Source of the DNA: Blepharisma stoltei ATCC 30299 | Taxonomy: Eukaryota > Protista > Ciliophora | Assembly (NCBI GenBank): GCA_965603825.1 | Contig: CBFDEM010000009.1 | Coordinates: forward strand, 461,002 to 525,001 | Direction of reading: 5' to 3' | DNA: 64,000 nucleotides | Part shown: positions 1-11,430 of the stretch, piece after piece | Numbering within the stretch: position 1 is the first letter of the stretch | Layout of the letters: every line of letters begins with the position of its first letter | Translations under genes and position numbers: made by a program | Notes under the pieces: generated by a model | What the model was told of the DNA's origin: nothing | What the model saw: the letters and a program-made list of their open reading frames with translations, nothing else | Databases searched by the model: none

Positions 1-123
1 ATTATGCTACCAATCATGTCACTATCATATTCCTTATTGGTGCGATATTTACCAAAAGCAATTGATTGTGAGCATGTAGTTCAAAAAGAATCAGATGGAG
101 CTTTAAAAGTAATTGTTGCTTAA
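1..123 (+). CDS. 3' end of a tandem paralog of the 4-TM membrane protein at 1488-2198 (partial)
   Basis: Frame 1 reads IMLPIMSLSYSLLVRYLPKAIDCEHVVQKESDGALKVIVA*, aligning with the C-terminus IILPIMALSYSLLIRYLPKPIEAEHVVQKESEGALK of 1488-2198. Confidence 0.85.
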   Translation: MMLPIMSLSYSLLVRYLPKAIDCEHVVQKESDGALKVIVA

Positions 124-1487
124 AGTAAGAAAATTGTAAATAAAAGTAATCTTGTCAGTAAATAAAAAAAAATCGCCAGAAACCATATTCATTAGCAATT
201 AAAGCTGTCAGAAGCTGAATTTAATTCACAATTGATATTTTTGAGCTAATATATTGGAAAATTAGCAGACACAATTAAAATATTTTTGATTTTTAAAGAG
301 AGAAGAATATAACTGTATTGCTCATTAAAATTTTGATATTTTTCTTATGAAGGCATCTCAACTACTAAAAAAGTAAATGAATAAGTATAAAGGAATCCTT
401 ATATTAGGCAATTTTTTAGTAAATTTCGAAATCAATTAAAAAGTCACATATTTTCTTCTTAATCGGGATCATTATCTTGGTTTTATCCATTAAACAAAAA
501 GTAAACTTTGAAAAGGAGAAGCTTTTTAATATCATTCGAGGGAATTCTATTTAGATCTTTATTACTCTCTGCAACGCTGCTTTAAAAGCAAAAAAATTTT
601 CTTTAAGAGGCGATCTGCTGTGGGATTTAGAGTTGCTTTTATTATTTTTGAATTAACTAAATCTTTACGATATTTTTCAGAATTTAAACCATAAATTTAA
701 TCTTATTCACGTGAATGGCATTATCACATAAATGATCTTTTTAAATCTAAATTTCCATGATGACTATAGCCATAAAGTATTGAGAATCTCTATTTGAGCT
801 TTTCCATATCGCAGGCTCTGCTACTTTGCTTATACTTGCCAAGTTTTTTAAATTTCATATTCAATAGTAGTCAATTTCTTGAATTGAATTATTAATTTAA
901 ATAATGCATTTATGGAAATTCAATTAAAATCACACTTCAATGAAAATTCCTTATAAGAGTAATAAGTACTTAAAACATTTGAATAATCAATACTTATTTT
1001 ACTCTTTTAACAAATCTTATAAAAATACACTTTAAATATAAGAAGAAAATGCAAAGATTAGGATTTAACCCCAATATGGAAAGTAATCAATAGATCATTA
1101 TTTTTGTAGCTCAACCTTCACCATTTTTAATTCTAATATTTATATTTTACAATTACAATTTGGATAATCCACTATATAGCTCTAAATTAGCTGCGATATT
1201 CTCAGTTCATTCAAAAAATCTTACTTTTCCTAATTCATAATTTTTTTAAACTCCAATTTCAATATAAATCTTAATTAACTGCAGTATTTTTTAACAATCC
1301 TACTAATCTATAATTCCAAAAGATAAAAGCTCGTTCTCTTCAATTTTATTCAATCAAAGAGATCTTCTTAGTTTTAAAATTAGCTGGACAATTTACGGGA
1401 CATTTTACTTAATAAGCAAATTTTGTAACGAATATTCTTAAATTTTATTGACTCTCAATTTAATGAGGAGTAATAATAATTATCATA

Positions 1488-2198
1488 ATGAAAAGTTTAG
1501 CATTCAACAAATTTTCGAATTTATGGTGGGTTATGTTTCAAGGCTTTCAGCTGGCTACTATCGGAATCATAGCTTGGGCTCTCTGGTCGGACAACTGGGT
1601 AAAGCTTAATGTCTCTGGTGTATATGGGGACTTGAAATGGACAGGGTCTTTGACCAAAGTTCATAAAGGTTTGAGGGCTTTGCAAGGCAGCTCATACTAT
1701 GAAATGTTCACAGCTTTCTGTAGCACCACTGAAAAGTCTCAAGACGTGCCTGATGAAGAATCGACGTGGTGCGAAATGTTTGCACAACTCTGGATCAGCG
1801 AACTGATTTATATAGTTTTAGGAGTAATCACAGTCTGCGCAATTGTCATATGGATTATTTCACTGAGATCTGCATTAAAAACTAACAAAATCAAGCCAGT
1901 CCCAGCGTTTTGGTTTGCACAAGTTGCGTGGATTTCTCATGAAATCGCATTTATAAGCTGGATGGTTTTAGCCAAAGCAAATTTTAGTGGTGACTGTACA
2001 AGTGAAAGTGACGATGACTCGCCGCCTAAGCTTTGTGCTCTTACTGGGCCAATCCTTGGCTTAATTTTAGCAATTATTTTGCCAATCATGGCATTATCGT
2101 ATTCCTTATTAATACGATATTTGCCAAAACCTATTGAAGCTGAGCATGTAGTTCAAAAAGAATCAGAAGGGGCTTTAAAAGAAACTCCTATAAAATAA
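1488..2198 (+). CDS. Four-transmembrane protein, claudin/amastin-like topology
   Basis: 236-aa ORF with four hydrophobic segments, a W..W..G motif after TM1 and Cys pairs in both predicted extracellular loops. The family call is inferred from topology only. Confidence 0.6.
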   Translation: MKSLAFNKFSNLWWVMFQGFQLATIGIIAWALWSDNWVKLNVSGVYGDLKWTGSLTKVHKGLRALQGSSYYEMFTAFCSTTEKSQDVPDEESTWCEMFAQLWISELIYIVLGVITVCAIVIWIISLRSALKTNKIKPVPAFWFAQVAWISHEIAFISWMVLAKANFSGDCTSESDDDSPPKLCALTGPILGLILAIILPIMALSYSLLIRYLPKPIEAEHVVQKESEGALKETPIK

Positions 2199-2342
2199 AT
2201 AAAAGGGAATTCTCGATTAAAATAATTTTATTATGAAAAATGAGTCATAATTCGTTATTTGACACATTTTTTTCTTAAACTTACAATTATTTGGATATAG
2301 TCCGATAAAAAGATTTTTATTTATACCTGAAATGCAAATTTA

Positions 2343-3275
2343 TTATATTTTATTGTTTGATATAATTAATTCAATTGGGTGATGGTCGCTTCCCATGATG
2401 GTGTCATATATTATATGATCTTTTACCCTAGGCAAAAAATTTGCACTTACAATTGCATAGTCAAGCCTCCATCCTCTATTTTTTATTCTTGAATCAGTTC
2501 GTCTTTGGCTAAACCATGTATATTTCCTCACATTTGGGTAAAGCGATCTAAAAGTATCAACCAAGCCGTCATTTAAAGTTGCTGAAAAAGAACTTCTCTC
2601 TTCAATTGTGCAGCCTGGACATTTTTCATTGCCTTTAAAGCTATGTATATCAAGTTCTTGATGCACAACATTTAGATCACCTATTCAAATGACACTTTTT
2701 CCTGTTTTTTCTAAGTTTTTAAGGTACTCTTTTAGGTCTTTGTCCCATTCTTCAACTCGATATTGAAGCCGAACAAGCCCTTCACCTGCATTTGGTATGT
2801 AAGAGCATACTAAATAAAAAGTTTCATACTCAGCTGTAAGCACTCTTCCTTCATCATCATGTTTTCTTTTATCAATCCCTGGCTTCACACTAATAGGCTC
2901 AATTTTGCTTAAAATCGCTACTCCTGAATATCCTTTTTTGACACGGCTGCATGACCAATATTGATATTTATATTGAGGAAAATTATCCTTTAAATCGGTC
3001 GTCATAGATTCCTGAAGCTTTGTTTCATTAAAACAAAAAATATCAAAGCGGTCCTGGGCTAAAAAATCGAGAAAAGTCTGCTTTTTTAAGCATGCTCGGA
3101 GACCATTTACATTTCAGCATCCTATGTGGATTTCTGGGCTTTCAAAAATGCCATTACCATTTGATTTTGGAGGTTTTTCAGTAGTAAGTGTAAGCTGTCT
3201 GAAAGGAGATTTAAGAAGTGTACTTGTTTCTGGAAAAGGGAGTTTTCGCTTGGCGGGAAGCAATGTTTTTAGCAT
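2343..3275 (-). CDS. APE1: AP endonuclease / exodeoxyribonuclease III (EEP family)
   Basis: A single frame runs from ATG 3275 when TGA=Trp. Motifs: GC[W]NVNGLRA (TGA 3114-3116), ETK, KGYSGVAILSK, DEGRV, YIPN, VI[W]IGDLNV (TGA 2685-2687), YTWFS, GWRLDY, GSDHHPI. Confidence 0.95.
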
Positions 3276-3643
3276 TATGGAATAATAAATAATTCGGCTG
3301 CGTTTATTTCTTTATTAAAATATTGTTTTCCTTAAACATGAAAAGCAAAACTTAATTTTTTGATTAAAATGCTAATTAATGTATTTAGAATTGAAATATT
3401 GTGCTTATAATTTATTTATAAAAATAATGAAAGAAAATATACTCATTATTTATCCTGCATTATTTACAATGGAGAGAAGAAATCGGTTCAATTGAAGCTG
3501 TTAGACAAATATATGAGTCATTCCAAGAAGAATCAGCCAATGGTGCAACCATCATTATATAGTCTCTAAAAAAATTTATTAATTTAAATACCTACTACTT
3601 TCTAAATAATTAATATAATTATTATCAATCTATAATATCTTAT

Positions 3644-4519
3644 TTACTCATTTATTTTGACTTTAAAACTAAAATCCATCTTCGGACTTCTATTTTGTGA
3701 TAGCGATTTCACATTAAACTGCGACGCACTTACAACAGTTAAATACTCGTTTATCCTATTTCTCAGCACAATCCCTAATGCTCCTTCACTGTCTCCTCGA
3801 GTTTTTATAATTAAATCAGGACTAAACCTATATTGACAGCCAAATTTTACCTCTACAGTTTTTTCACTTGTATAGATGAAGGAAGAGCCTAATTTTAAGT
3901 CTTTTTTGAAATCATAATACATTGAGCATACTAAATTTCCTAGTGAATATTCTTTTTTGTCAGTGCTTATATGCTTTATTCCTATTCTATGACGGTCATT
4001 TGACCAAAATAATGCTGCATTATAGGTTATAAATCGTAAGGAGCGGAGTCCTAACGCAAGCTCTAGCCCGCAGCCAAAATTTTTATGTTTTGCTACAGTA
4101 CTTATGTTTAGAGAAGGATAATCAGTAATAGAAAATTTAGTCCTGTGCTTTTCAGTGATCTGCTCTATGGAGATTGATTTTTTTTGTGAATGGGAATCTG
4201 CATTATGGTCAAGCTCAAATTGAAGCGTGGAATTTGGGTATTTTGGATTAGTGTATTCGACAAAAGACTTGAAGAACTTAGACGTAAATATTTCTTGCTT
4301 AAATAAAAACTGGGGAATAGAGTAGCTAAAGTAAACTGAGCCGATTGTAATTGGAATATGGTTGTCACTAGGTATCTGTCTGATTGAAGATTTAGTTTTC
4401 AAGTCATCAGCTGCCTTTGCATATAGTGAAATCGCCGCAATTTGGTTAAAACAGTAGCCTTTTTCAAGTAAATCTTCTTGAAGCTTAGTTATACGATCAA
4501 AACTTTCAAGTTTTGCCAT
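3644..4519 (-). CDS. Eukaryotic porin (VDAC-like beta-barrel)
   Basis: 291 aa with a VDAC-like N-terminal helix (FDRITKLQEDLLEKGY), alternating amphipathic strands and KFGCQYRFSPD..IKTRGDSEGALG near the C-terminus. Confidence 0.7.
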   Translation of the reverse strand: MAKLESFDRITKLQEDLLEKGYCFNQIAAISLYAKAADDLKTKSSIRQIPSDNHIPITIGSVYFSYSIPQFLFKQEIFTSKFFKSFVEYTNPKYPNSTLQFELDHNADSHSQKKSISIEQITEKHRTKFSITDYPSLNISTVAKHKNFGCGLELALGLRSLRFITYNAALFWSNDRHRIGIKHISTDKKEYSLGNLVCSMYYDFKKDLKLGSSFIYTSEKTVEVKFGCQYRFSPDLIIKTRGDSEGALGIVLRNRINEYLTVVSASQFNVKSLSQNRSPKMDFSFKVKINE

Positions 4520-4635
4520 TTATAAACGAAAAAGGCTTTCAGAAATTAATGAAAATAACACCCAACGAAAATTTTATATTAGAAATATTTTAGTATAAGA
4601 ATTCTCCATTGTTATTTTCTGCATCATAATATATA

Positions 4636-6507
4636 ATGGGCTGTGGAGGATCAAAGAAACCGAAAGAGGAAACCAAAAAAGTTGAGGAAAAACATGAAGA
4701 AAATAAGCACGACATTACAAATGGAGGTGAAGGAGAAAAGCCTACTAATCAGCCAGAAACTAAAACAACTGAAGAAGGCCAAGCAGGTGGCCATGCAGGG
4801 ACCCTCATCTTTGAAGGCAACCGACTTCTTAAAAAAGCCAAAAAAGGCGAAATCGATTTCTTTCAATATCTCTATAGCCCAGACCAAACAGACCAAGATA
4901 TAATTGAGCTCAGAAAATTCGCCCCAAGTTTCTACGGAATTGAAGAGCGAAATAACGAGCGCTACATTTCAATGGAAAATTTGCTTACAGGATATGATTA
5001 TCCAAATATCATGGACTGCAAGCTTGGAAGGATTACATGGACACCTCACCATACTGAAGAAACCAAAGCCCATCAAGAAGCCAAAAATAAAACCACCACA
5101 ACTGGCTCTTTAGGCTTCAGAATTTCAGGAATCGTTACCAAAGATTCCCATGGCAAAAAACTCGAAGCTTGGGCCAAAAAAGAAGGCTTTTTTGGCATTA
5201 ATGAAGGAAATATACATGAGCAGTTCGCAAAAATCGTGACCCATGACGGAAAAATCAATTATGAAGCTATCGATATTTTTATTAGAGGGACAATAGAAAT
5301 ATTATACTGGTTTAAAAGGCAAAAAACAAAGCATTTTGTAGCAAGCTCAGTATTTTATGTCAGTGGGAAAAATAATAAACATCAGGTGAGGTATATTGAT
5401 TTTGCACATGCAATTGAGGCGAATGGAGAAATTGATAATAATGTTATTGAAGGGCTGGAAAATTGTGTGAAAATTTGGGAAAAACTAAAAAATCCAATGC
5501 CACAGCCTGTAGCTTCAGGTGATCAAGCAGGCGGGCATGAAGGCAGCTTGATTTTTAGAGGAAATAAGCTGCTTAAAAAAGCCCATCCTGCTGAAATTGG
5601 GTTTTATAGCGCGCTGTTTGACCCACAGCTAGAAAATACTGAATTAATCGAATTCCGTAAATTTGTGCCATATTATTATGGAGTGGAAATAATAAATAAC
5701 AAAAATTATATTGTCCTTGAAAATGTGCTATTTGGGTATGAGCACCCTAATGTATTAGACTGCAAAATAGGAAAAGTCACCTGGACTAAAGACCATAATG
5801 AAGTAAAAACTAGAAAACAGCAAGAAAAAGCAAGGACTACCACAACTGGATCTCTAGGCTTCAGGATTTCTGGCTTGATAACCAAAGATGAATATGGGAA
5901 TAAAATAGAATCCTGGAGCAAAGATGGTGGATATTTCAATATAACCCCAGAAAATATTCATGAGCAGCTGGCAAAAATTGTTCACAGAGGAGAAACTTTT
6001 CAGCTTGACAGAGTAGAGCTCCTAATAAAGCAAACCCAAGAAATATTAAACTGGTTTACAAGGCAGCGGTCTAAGCTATTTTTCACTGCTTCTGTTTTAT
6101 ATGTAAACGGCACTGACAAAGCCCAAGCTCGATTTATTGATTTCGCTCACGTTTTTGATGCAGAAGGGCATGAAGATATAAGTAATTTCTAAATAGACAC
6201 AAGAGAAGGACTAGAAAACCTTATAAAATGCTGGCAAGAAGTCATAAGGAAATACTGCGCTCCCCAAGAGAGAGTAAAACCCCAAAAATTCCCTTATGAA
6301 GTTACTTTGGAAGAAGGAAAAACCTACCATTACTGTGACTGTGGAAGGTCAAAAACGCAGCCATTTTGTGATGGTTCTCATATTGATACCTCTTTTGCCC
6401 CAATTGAAGTAGTGGTTAATGAGACTAAGCTTTATCATCTCTGCGGCTGCAAATCTACCAAAAACAAGCCTTATTGCGATGGCTCTCATACTAAATTAGA
6501 CTGGTAG
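4636..6507 (+). CDS. Tandem inositol polyphosphate kinase (2 IPK domains) fused to two CDGSH iron-sulfur motifs; N-terminal acylation signal
   Basis: MGCGGS start. Two repeats of QAGGH..PNxxDCKxGxxT..TTGSLGFRISG..IDFAH. The 15-nt intron 6182-6196 (gtaatttctaaatag) removes the TAA and joins in frame to CDCGRSKTQPFCDGSH and CGCKSTKNKPYCDGSH. Confidence 0.88.
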
Positions 6508-6525
6508 CTTATTTTTTAAATAATT

Positions 6526-7566
6526 TTAATCTCTATAATTTCTTGGTATTTTATTTCTCTCTGGGAATTTTTGTCTGTCAATGTCTTTGCTCTCTGTCCC
6601 CTTCATGCTTGATATCTGAAGCTGCAAACCTTTTAATGACTCTATATGGTCTGCTACAGACTGTGGGCTAATAAAGCACTTCATACTGACAGTCCTATCA
6701 TAGTTTTGCAGTTGAGAAGTCTCAGCTTCTACCTTTAAGAACAATTTTTCTTTGCTTTCTGCATAAAAGTCAATTAATTCTCTGCTATTGGCCTGCTGTA
6801 GTATTTTTGAGACATTGCTGTATAGTTCCCCAATAGATGTAACTTTTGAGGCTAAAGCGCGACTTATGGCATCTAATTCTTTTAAATTTTCTTCTAAAAA
6901 TCTGTCAGCTTGAGATGTTAATTCTTTTTCTTTTTTATCCAATCTTGCTCTTAAGTCTTCAAAAGCGTGCTTTATTTGTTGTTTGGCTGTATGAGATTGG
7001 TCTAATGTTTCTTTTTTCCGTTGCTCTATTTTTTCTTCAAGGTTTTGAAGCTCATCTTGCTTATTGGAAAGGAGAAGGAGCATGTCTTCAACTTTTCCTT
7101 TTATGATAGGAAATGCTGTTTTTACTCTCATAACTTCGTGGCCTTTATGCAGACCATGAATTGCACATTCTGAGCAGATGCATTCTGATTCACACTCAAA
7201 ACAATAATAATTAGGAACTTCGTCTGGGTGATCTTTGCAGTATTCTTGAGGAGGCTCCCAATTTTGTTTGTATTGATCAGAAGTGGTTAAGTCTCCTTCA
7301 TCAAGTTCTGAGTCTTTTGGCTCTTCTAAATTAAGCTTGAGAAGCTCATTCGCGCTTGAAGGGTCTAGGATAGTTGAGGAACGGCATATATCACAAGCAA
7401 CTTTCTACATGGAAAATACATAAAAAGGCTCATTTTCTTTAGAATAATCTTTGAGAATATTTCTAGCTGAGCACAACAAGCAAAGATTATGATCGCACGT
7501 AAGAATTAACATATCTGAAGGCTGTCTTCCGCATTTTGCACAAGTCATGGCCATAAGTGAGTCCAT
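6526..7566 (-). CDS. RING / B-box / coiled-coil (TRIM-like) protein
   Basis: ATG 7566. RING-like CAKC..CDHNLCLLC..CDIC spans the 15-nt intron 7405-7419 (GTATTTTCCATGTAG). B-box CKDHPDE..YCFECESECICSECAIHGLHKGH is followed by the coiled coil seen in the ORF track. Confidence 0.85.
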
Positions 7567-7852
7567 TTTCAAAAACTTATTTATAACTGTGGCTTAATTT
7601 TTGGCAATACTTTGCCTGTTTTTTCGATTAAGCTTAATTTGATTATTTTAATTATATTTAATACCAATAAACAATACTATCAGCATTCTATATGAAATTT
7701 ATTTCTAGCGGCTTCTTTGGTATAGCAATTCCAATAATATTAATAAAATCCTTATAATAAATAATCAATTTAACTTATATCTTTTATACAGGTTAAATCC
7801 TTTGATACTAGAGAAAATAATTAATTTATTTAAAACCTCTCAAATAGGCATT

Positions 7853-10159
7853 TTATATATTTTCTGGAATTTCTTCAAGTTGGGCAGCTCTTGTTGAGTT
7901 TTCATCATCAAAAGATATCAATCTTCCTGACTTGGGGATAATTCCTGGCTTAATATCACTTGACTCATTAAAAGCATACAGTTTTCTTGTCCTGGGCGTC
8001 AAATAATTCGATCTCGGCGAGCACCCCATCCCAGGTGACCCTAAAGGTGAATAATATTGCAAAGGCGAGGGCAAATTTGCTCTCAGCGGACTCGTCGGGT
8101 TCAGCGCTGCAATTCTTGGTTTAATTGGATTTAATCCTGTCAAAAACACTTTGAAGCTTGGTATGAAGCATTTATTATAAAATCTTATAATATCTCCAGC
8201 TTGGTATATATCTTTATATATTTTCTGATTATCGCCATATATTCCTGTGTATTGTTCAATTAGGCTTTTAAATTCAATTGGGCTATGGAGCTTACAAACT
8301 GAATATACACAGCACAGAATTAACGTGTCTAAATGCCTATTTAGCAGAATTTCTGTATGCTCGGATAAGGCGATTTTTAAAATATCCCAAATATGTTCTC
8401 TGATTTCGTCATTAATTCCTAAAATTTCTGTTAATTCTAGCACTCGGTGAGCGGAATGGGATAAAACACGTCTGAAAAAAACGGAAAAAATGCCGTTATT
8501 TGGGGATTTTGGGGTGATGTCAGAAGATTCGCTTTCGTCGAGGGCTTCAGGGATAGGAGAATGGATTTCTCCAATATATTCTTTTAAATACTGAAAAATT
8601 GGGCTGTTTTGTTCCCAGGCAAGCTCTGATAAAATTTTGACCTCAATTTCTTTGAAATGCCTTTTCAGAGGAATTGGGAATTTTACGTCAAATTGTGCGA
8701 AGCTATTGATGAGCTTCCAAAACTCAAATCCAGCGATTTGACAGAAGCTTAAAACTTGGGGGAAAGTTATATGGGTAAGCGAATGCAAAAAAATCACTGA
8801 AATAATGCTGCAAGCCAAAGCGGTTTGGTGGAAAGAGTCATTGTTGAGTAAAACCCCAAAGTTTCTTGAAGTCAGCCGTTTTTCTTCATTTGTTAGCATT
8901 CCATCAATGGACTTCAAATATAAGCTTATCGTGATTTCTACCTTTTGATTGGGTTTTGAAGAAGACATATACTCCATTATAATATCAGGGCAATTCTGTG
9001 TTTCGTCATAGAAAAGTGCCAATTTATTCCTATACTCATTGACTTTTTGAGAAATTTGAATTTCCGTATTTGCTAAATATTCAGCAAGCTTAGTCGGCAA
9101 ATTATCAACAGAGACTTTTTTAGTAATATCTCTGAGCCAGCTGCTCATTTCCATAGCCATGCTCATAGGAGTCGCCATCTGAAACGGAGACATCGGTGGC
9201 AGCCTTTTTATGCTTTCTAATTGGCTTTTTAATGAAATATCTTCATTATCGTTATCCCACGCTATAAGTCTTTTTGAGTTAACTGTTTGGTAATTTAAGG
9301 TTTTATTCCTCAAGATTTTAGGAAGCTGCTTTACAGGGGTGCTAGCTTTGTGCTTTTGGATGAATTCTCGATCGTCTATTCTGGAGCGGCTTTCATTTTC
9401 ATAGAATTTTGATAAATTTTGCAAATTGTGATTAAGGTGACAAGCGGAAAAAATGCCTTCTAAGTTCTCAGTCTCATCGACATTTCCTCGGAGAATTTCT
9501 TGTTTTTTTAGGTTTTGGATTAAATTTAAGACAGTCAAAGCGGAGTCTGTGCCTTGTTCTTCGTCTCCGCTTAAGAGAGAGGCAAGATAGTTAATAAGAG
9601 AAGAGTTTGGGCATGCATATGTGACTGTGGATGGGAGGTTTGTCAAAATGAAATAAAGGACACCTATCATAAGGCATGCAGTCTCGACAATGTCGTAGGG
9701 ATTAGTTATAAGCATGAGTCTTCCTAAGGAAACTAGCATCCAAGCGAATTCTTTTATCATTCCGACGACGCCGAAGTGCCCTTGCTGCTCATTAAGTTCA
9801 AGCTGTCCCCAAATTTCTTGGAATTTTCTGAATACGCTGGCTGTGAAGGAAAATTTGTCAACTTCAATAAGAATATCATTAGCTGCGTTCGTTGATTTTA
9901 AGAAATCTTTTAAAAATGCAATAAAATCAGCAGTTTCATCAACTCCTTTTGCGAGCCTATATAACGAAACTTTGATTTTTTCTGGGTTAATTCTCATTGC
10001 TAAAAAGATTGAAGCTCTTGACAAATATGAGTCGAAAAACTCAATTTTCTGGCTGTTTTGGTTGAATTCTTTGGAAATTTTTAATGCAATTTGTATTGTT
10101 TGGGTGTCTAAGTTCAGCTGGGTTGCCAAGCTCTCAATGTAATTTGAATCATGGTTCAT
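7853..10159 (-). CDS. RBR: Retinoblastoma-related pocket protein
   Basis: RB_A (ATPMSMAMEMSSWL, FWKLINSF, LKRHFKEIEVKILSELAW) and RB_B (NRHLDTLILCCVYSVCK, DIIRFYN) motifs, plus an SP/TP-rich tail (LTPRTRKLYAFNES). Confidence 0.93.
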   Translation of the reverse strand: MNHDSNYIESLATQLNLDTQTIQIALKISKEFNQNSQKIEFFDSYLSRASIFLAMRINPEKIKVSLYRLAKGVDETADFIAFLKDFLKSTNAANDILIEVDKFSFTASVFRKFQEIWGQLELNEQQGHFGVVGMIKEFAWMLVSLGRLMLITNPYDIVETACLMIGVLYFILTNLPSTVTYACPNSSLINYLASLLSGDEEQGTDSALTVLNLIQNLKKQEILRGNVDETENLEGIFSACHLNHNLQNLSKFYENESRSRIDDREFIQKHKASTPVKQLPKILRNKTLNYQTVNSKRLIAWDNDNEDISLKSQLESIKRLPPMSPFQMATPMSMAMEMSSWLRDITKKVSVDNLPTKLAEYLANTEIQISQKVNEYRNKLALFYDETQNCPDIIMEYMSSSKPNQKVEITISLYLKSIDGMLTNEEKRLTSRNFGVLLNNDSFHQTALACSIISVIFLHSLTHITFPQVLSFCQIAGFEFWKLINSFAQFDVKFPIPLKRHFKEIEVKILSELAWEQNSPIFQYLKEYIGEIHSPIPEALDESESSDITPKSPNNGIFSVFFRRVLSHSAHRVLELTEILGINDEIREHIWDILKIALSEHTEILLNRHLDTLILCCVYSVCKLHSPIEFKSLIEQYTGIYGDNQKIYKDIYQAGDIIRFYNKCFIPSFKVFLTGLNPIKPRIAALNPTSPLRANLPSPLQYYSPLGSPGMGCSPRSNYLTPRTRKLYAFNESSDIKPGIIPKSGRLISFDDENSTRAAQLEEIPENI

Positions 10160-10166
10160 TTTAATA

Positions 10167-10174
10167 GGCGGGAA
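10167..10174 (-). promoter_or_regulatory. Candidate E2F/DP site (TTCCCGCC) just upstream of the RB-related ATG
   Basis: A GC-rich octamer matching the E2F consensus in otherwise very AT-rich upstream DNA, within 10 nt of ATG 10159. Confidence 0.4.
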
Positions 10175-10428
10175 TTTTTAATATGAAAATTAATGCATAA
10201 TAATTTTGGATTTGATTACTATTTTTAGGTTATTTAGTATTTATTTTAAATTTTAAGAGAATTCTCTTATTTTGCTCAAATAAATTATTAAGCAATAGAT
10301 AATTTAATTTAATTTTTTATTATTAACTATGATATATTTTTTAGAATATTAAGAAAAGCCAAAATTATAATAAATAACTTAAAATATAAAAATCCTATTC
10401 ATTTCTATCTAATTACAATTTTCCATTT

Positions 10429-11028
10429 ATGCAAGGAATCCCCGAATTTCAACAGAACATCATATCTCTTGATGGTTATGCCACAACTGGATTTGTAGCT
10501 ACTACCAACATATTAATAGTTTGCAGAGTAAAGCCAGACCCATCAGATTACAAGCTAGAAATAGCAGCTACAGATGTAAAACAAAACTACTGGGAATGCA
10601 TATGAGGAATCCACGAATTTAATCATCATCAAGACACTATTGGGGTAACCCAGAAAAATTGGCGTGTTTATTTTGACTTACTAGCGACAGCTTTAGCAAA
10701 TAAGCCGATTTTAGCAACAATTAGAGACCGTGATCTATGTCTTCAAATAGAATATCCAATAGCTCAAGCACAGCTGAGAGGAGAAATCATACTGAAAAAC
10801 ACTCCAGACGAGAGGCGAACAAATATTACTGATTTGGTGTTTCGAGGAATCGCTGGATTAGAACCTAAAGTCAGCTTAAAAAGACCAAGACCTAGCTCTC
10901 CTGAGCTTTCTCAAATGATGAGCCAGCCTAAGCCAGTTGAAATCCCTAAAGCTCCTAAAGTAAAGGCTAAGGCTGGAGGTTTAAAGAAAAAACCAAAAAG
11001 TAAACAAATCGGTTCTAAAATTGCATAG
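10429..11028 (+). CDS. Hypothetical 199-aa protein, possible XRCC4/XLF/PAXX-superfamily head domain with basic C-terminal tail
   Basis: Continuous from ATG 10429 with one TGA=Trp. LEIAATDVKQNYWECI resembles the 'hhhTD....W' head motif, and the protein ends in a Lys-rich tail. The ORF is solid but the family is a guess. Confidence 0.55.
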
Positions 11029-11074
11029 CGGAGTTAATTTAAATGAATAAATTCATTTTGAAAGGATTTTTACA

Positions 11075-11272
11075 TTATTTATGGCAAAGTTTTCTCCTTT
11101 TTTGCTTTATCAAGTCATCAATGAACTTTAATAAATCTTCTCTCTGCTTAAGCTCGTCTTCTAAGTTTTTAATATCTGCTACTACTAGCTCTAATCTGTG
11201 CTTTAGCTCTTCTATAGTAAGTCCTGAAAGTTTAATTTTTAGATCATCATATGTTTTGGCCTTGACGTCCAT
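11075..11272 (-). CDS. Small coiled-coil hypothetical protein
   Basis: 65-aa ATG-initiated ORF with heptad pattern, convergent with the upstream gene across a typical short spacer. Confidence 0.5.
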   Translation of the reverse strand: MDVKAKTYDDLKIKLSGLTIEELKHRLELVVADIKNLEDELKQREDLLKFIDDLIKQKRRKLCHK

Positions 11273-11430
11273 ATATAACTGTAACTATTAAGTATTATAT
11301 GTCGAGATAAATTTATCGTTTGGATTAAATGCAGAAATTAAATAAGTATTTGGGATAGGAAGCAGAGAAATTTTATAAAACATATTTGTGAATAGCTAGC
11401 TCTAAATTTAGAGAAATTTAAATAAGCGTT

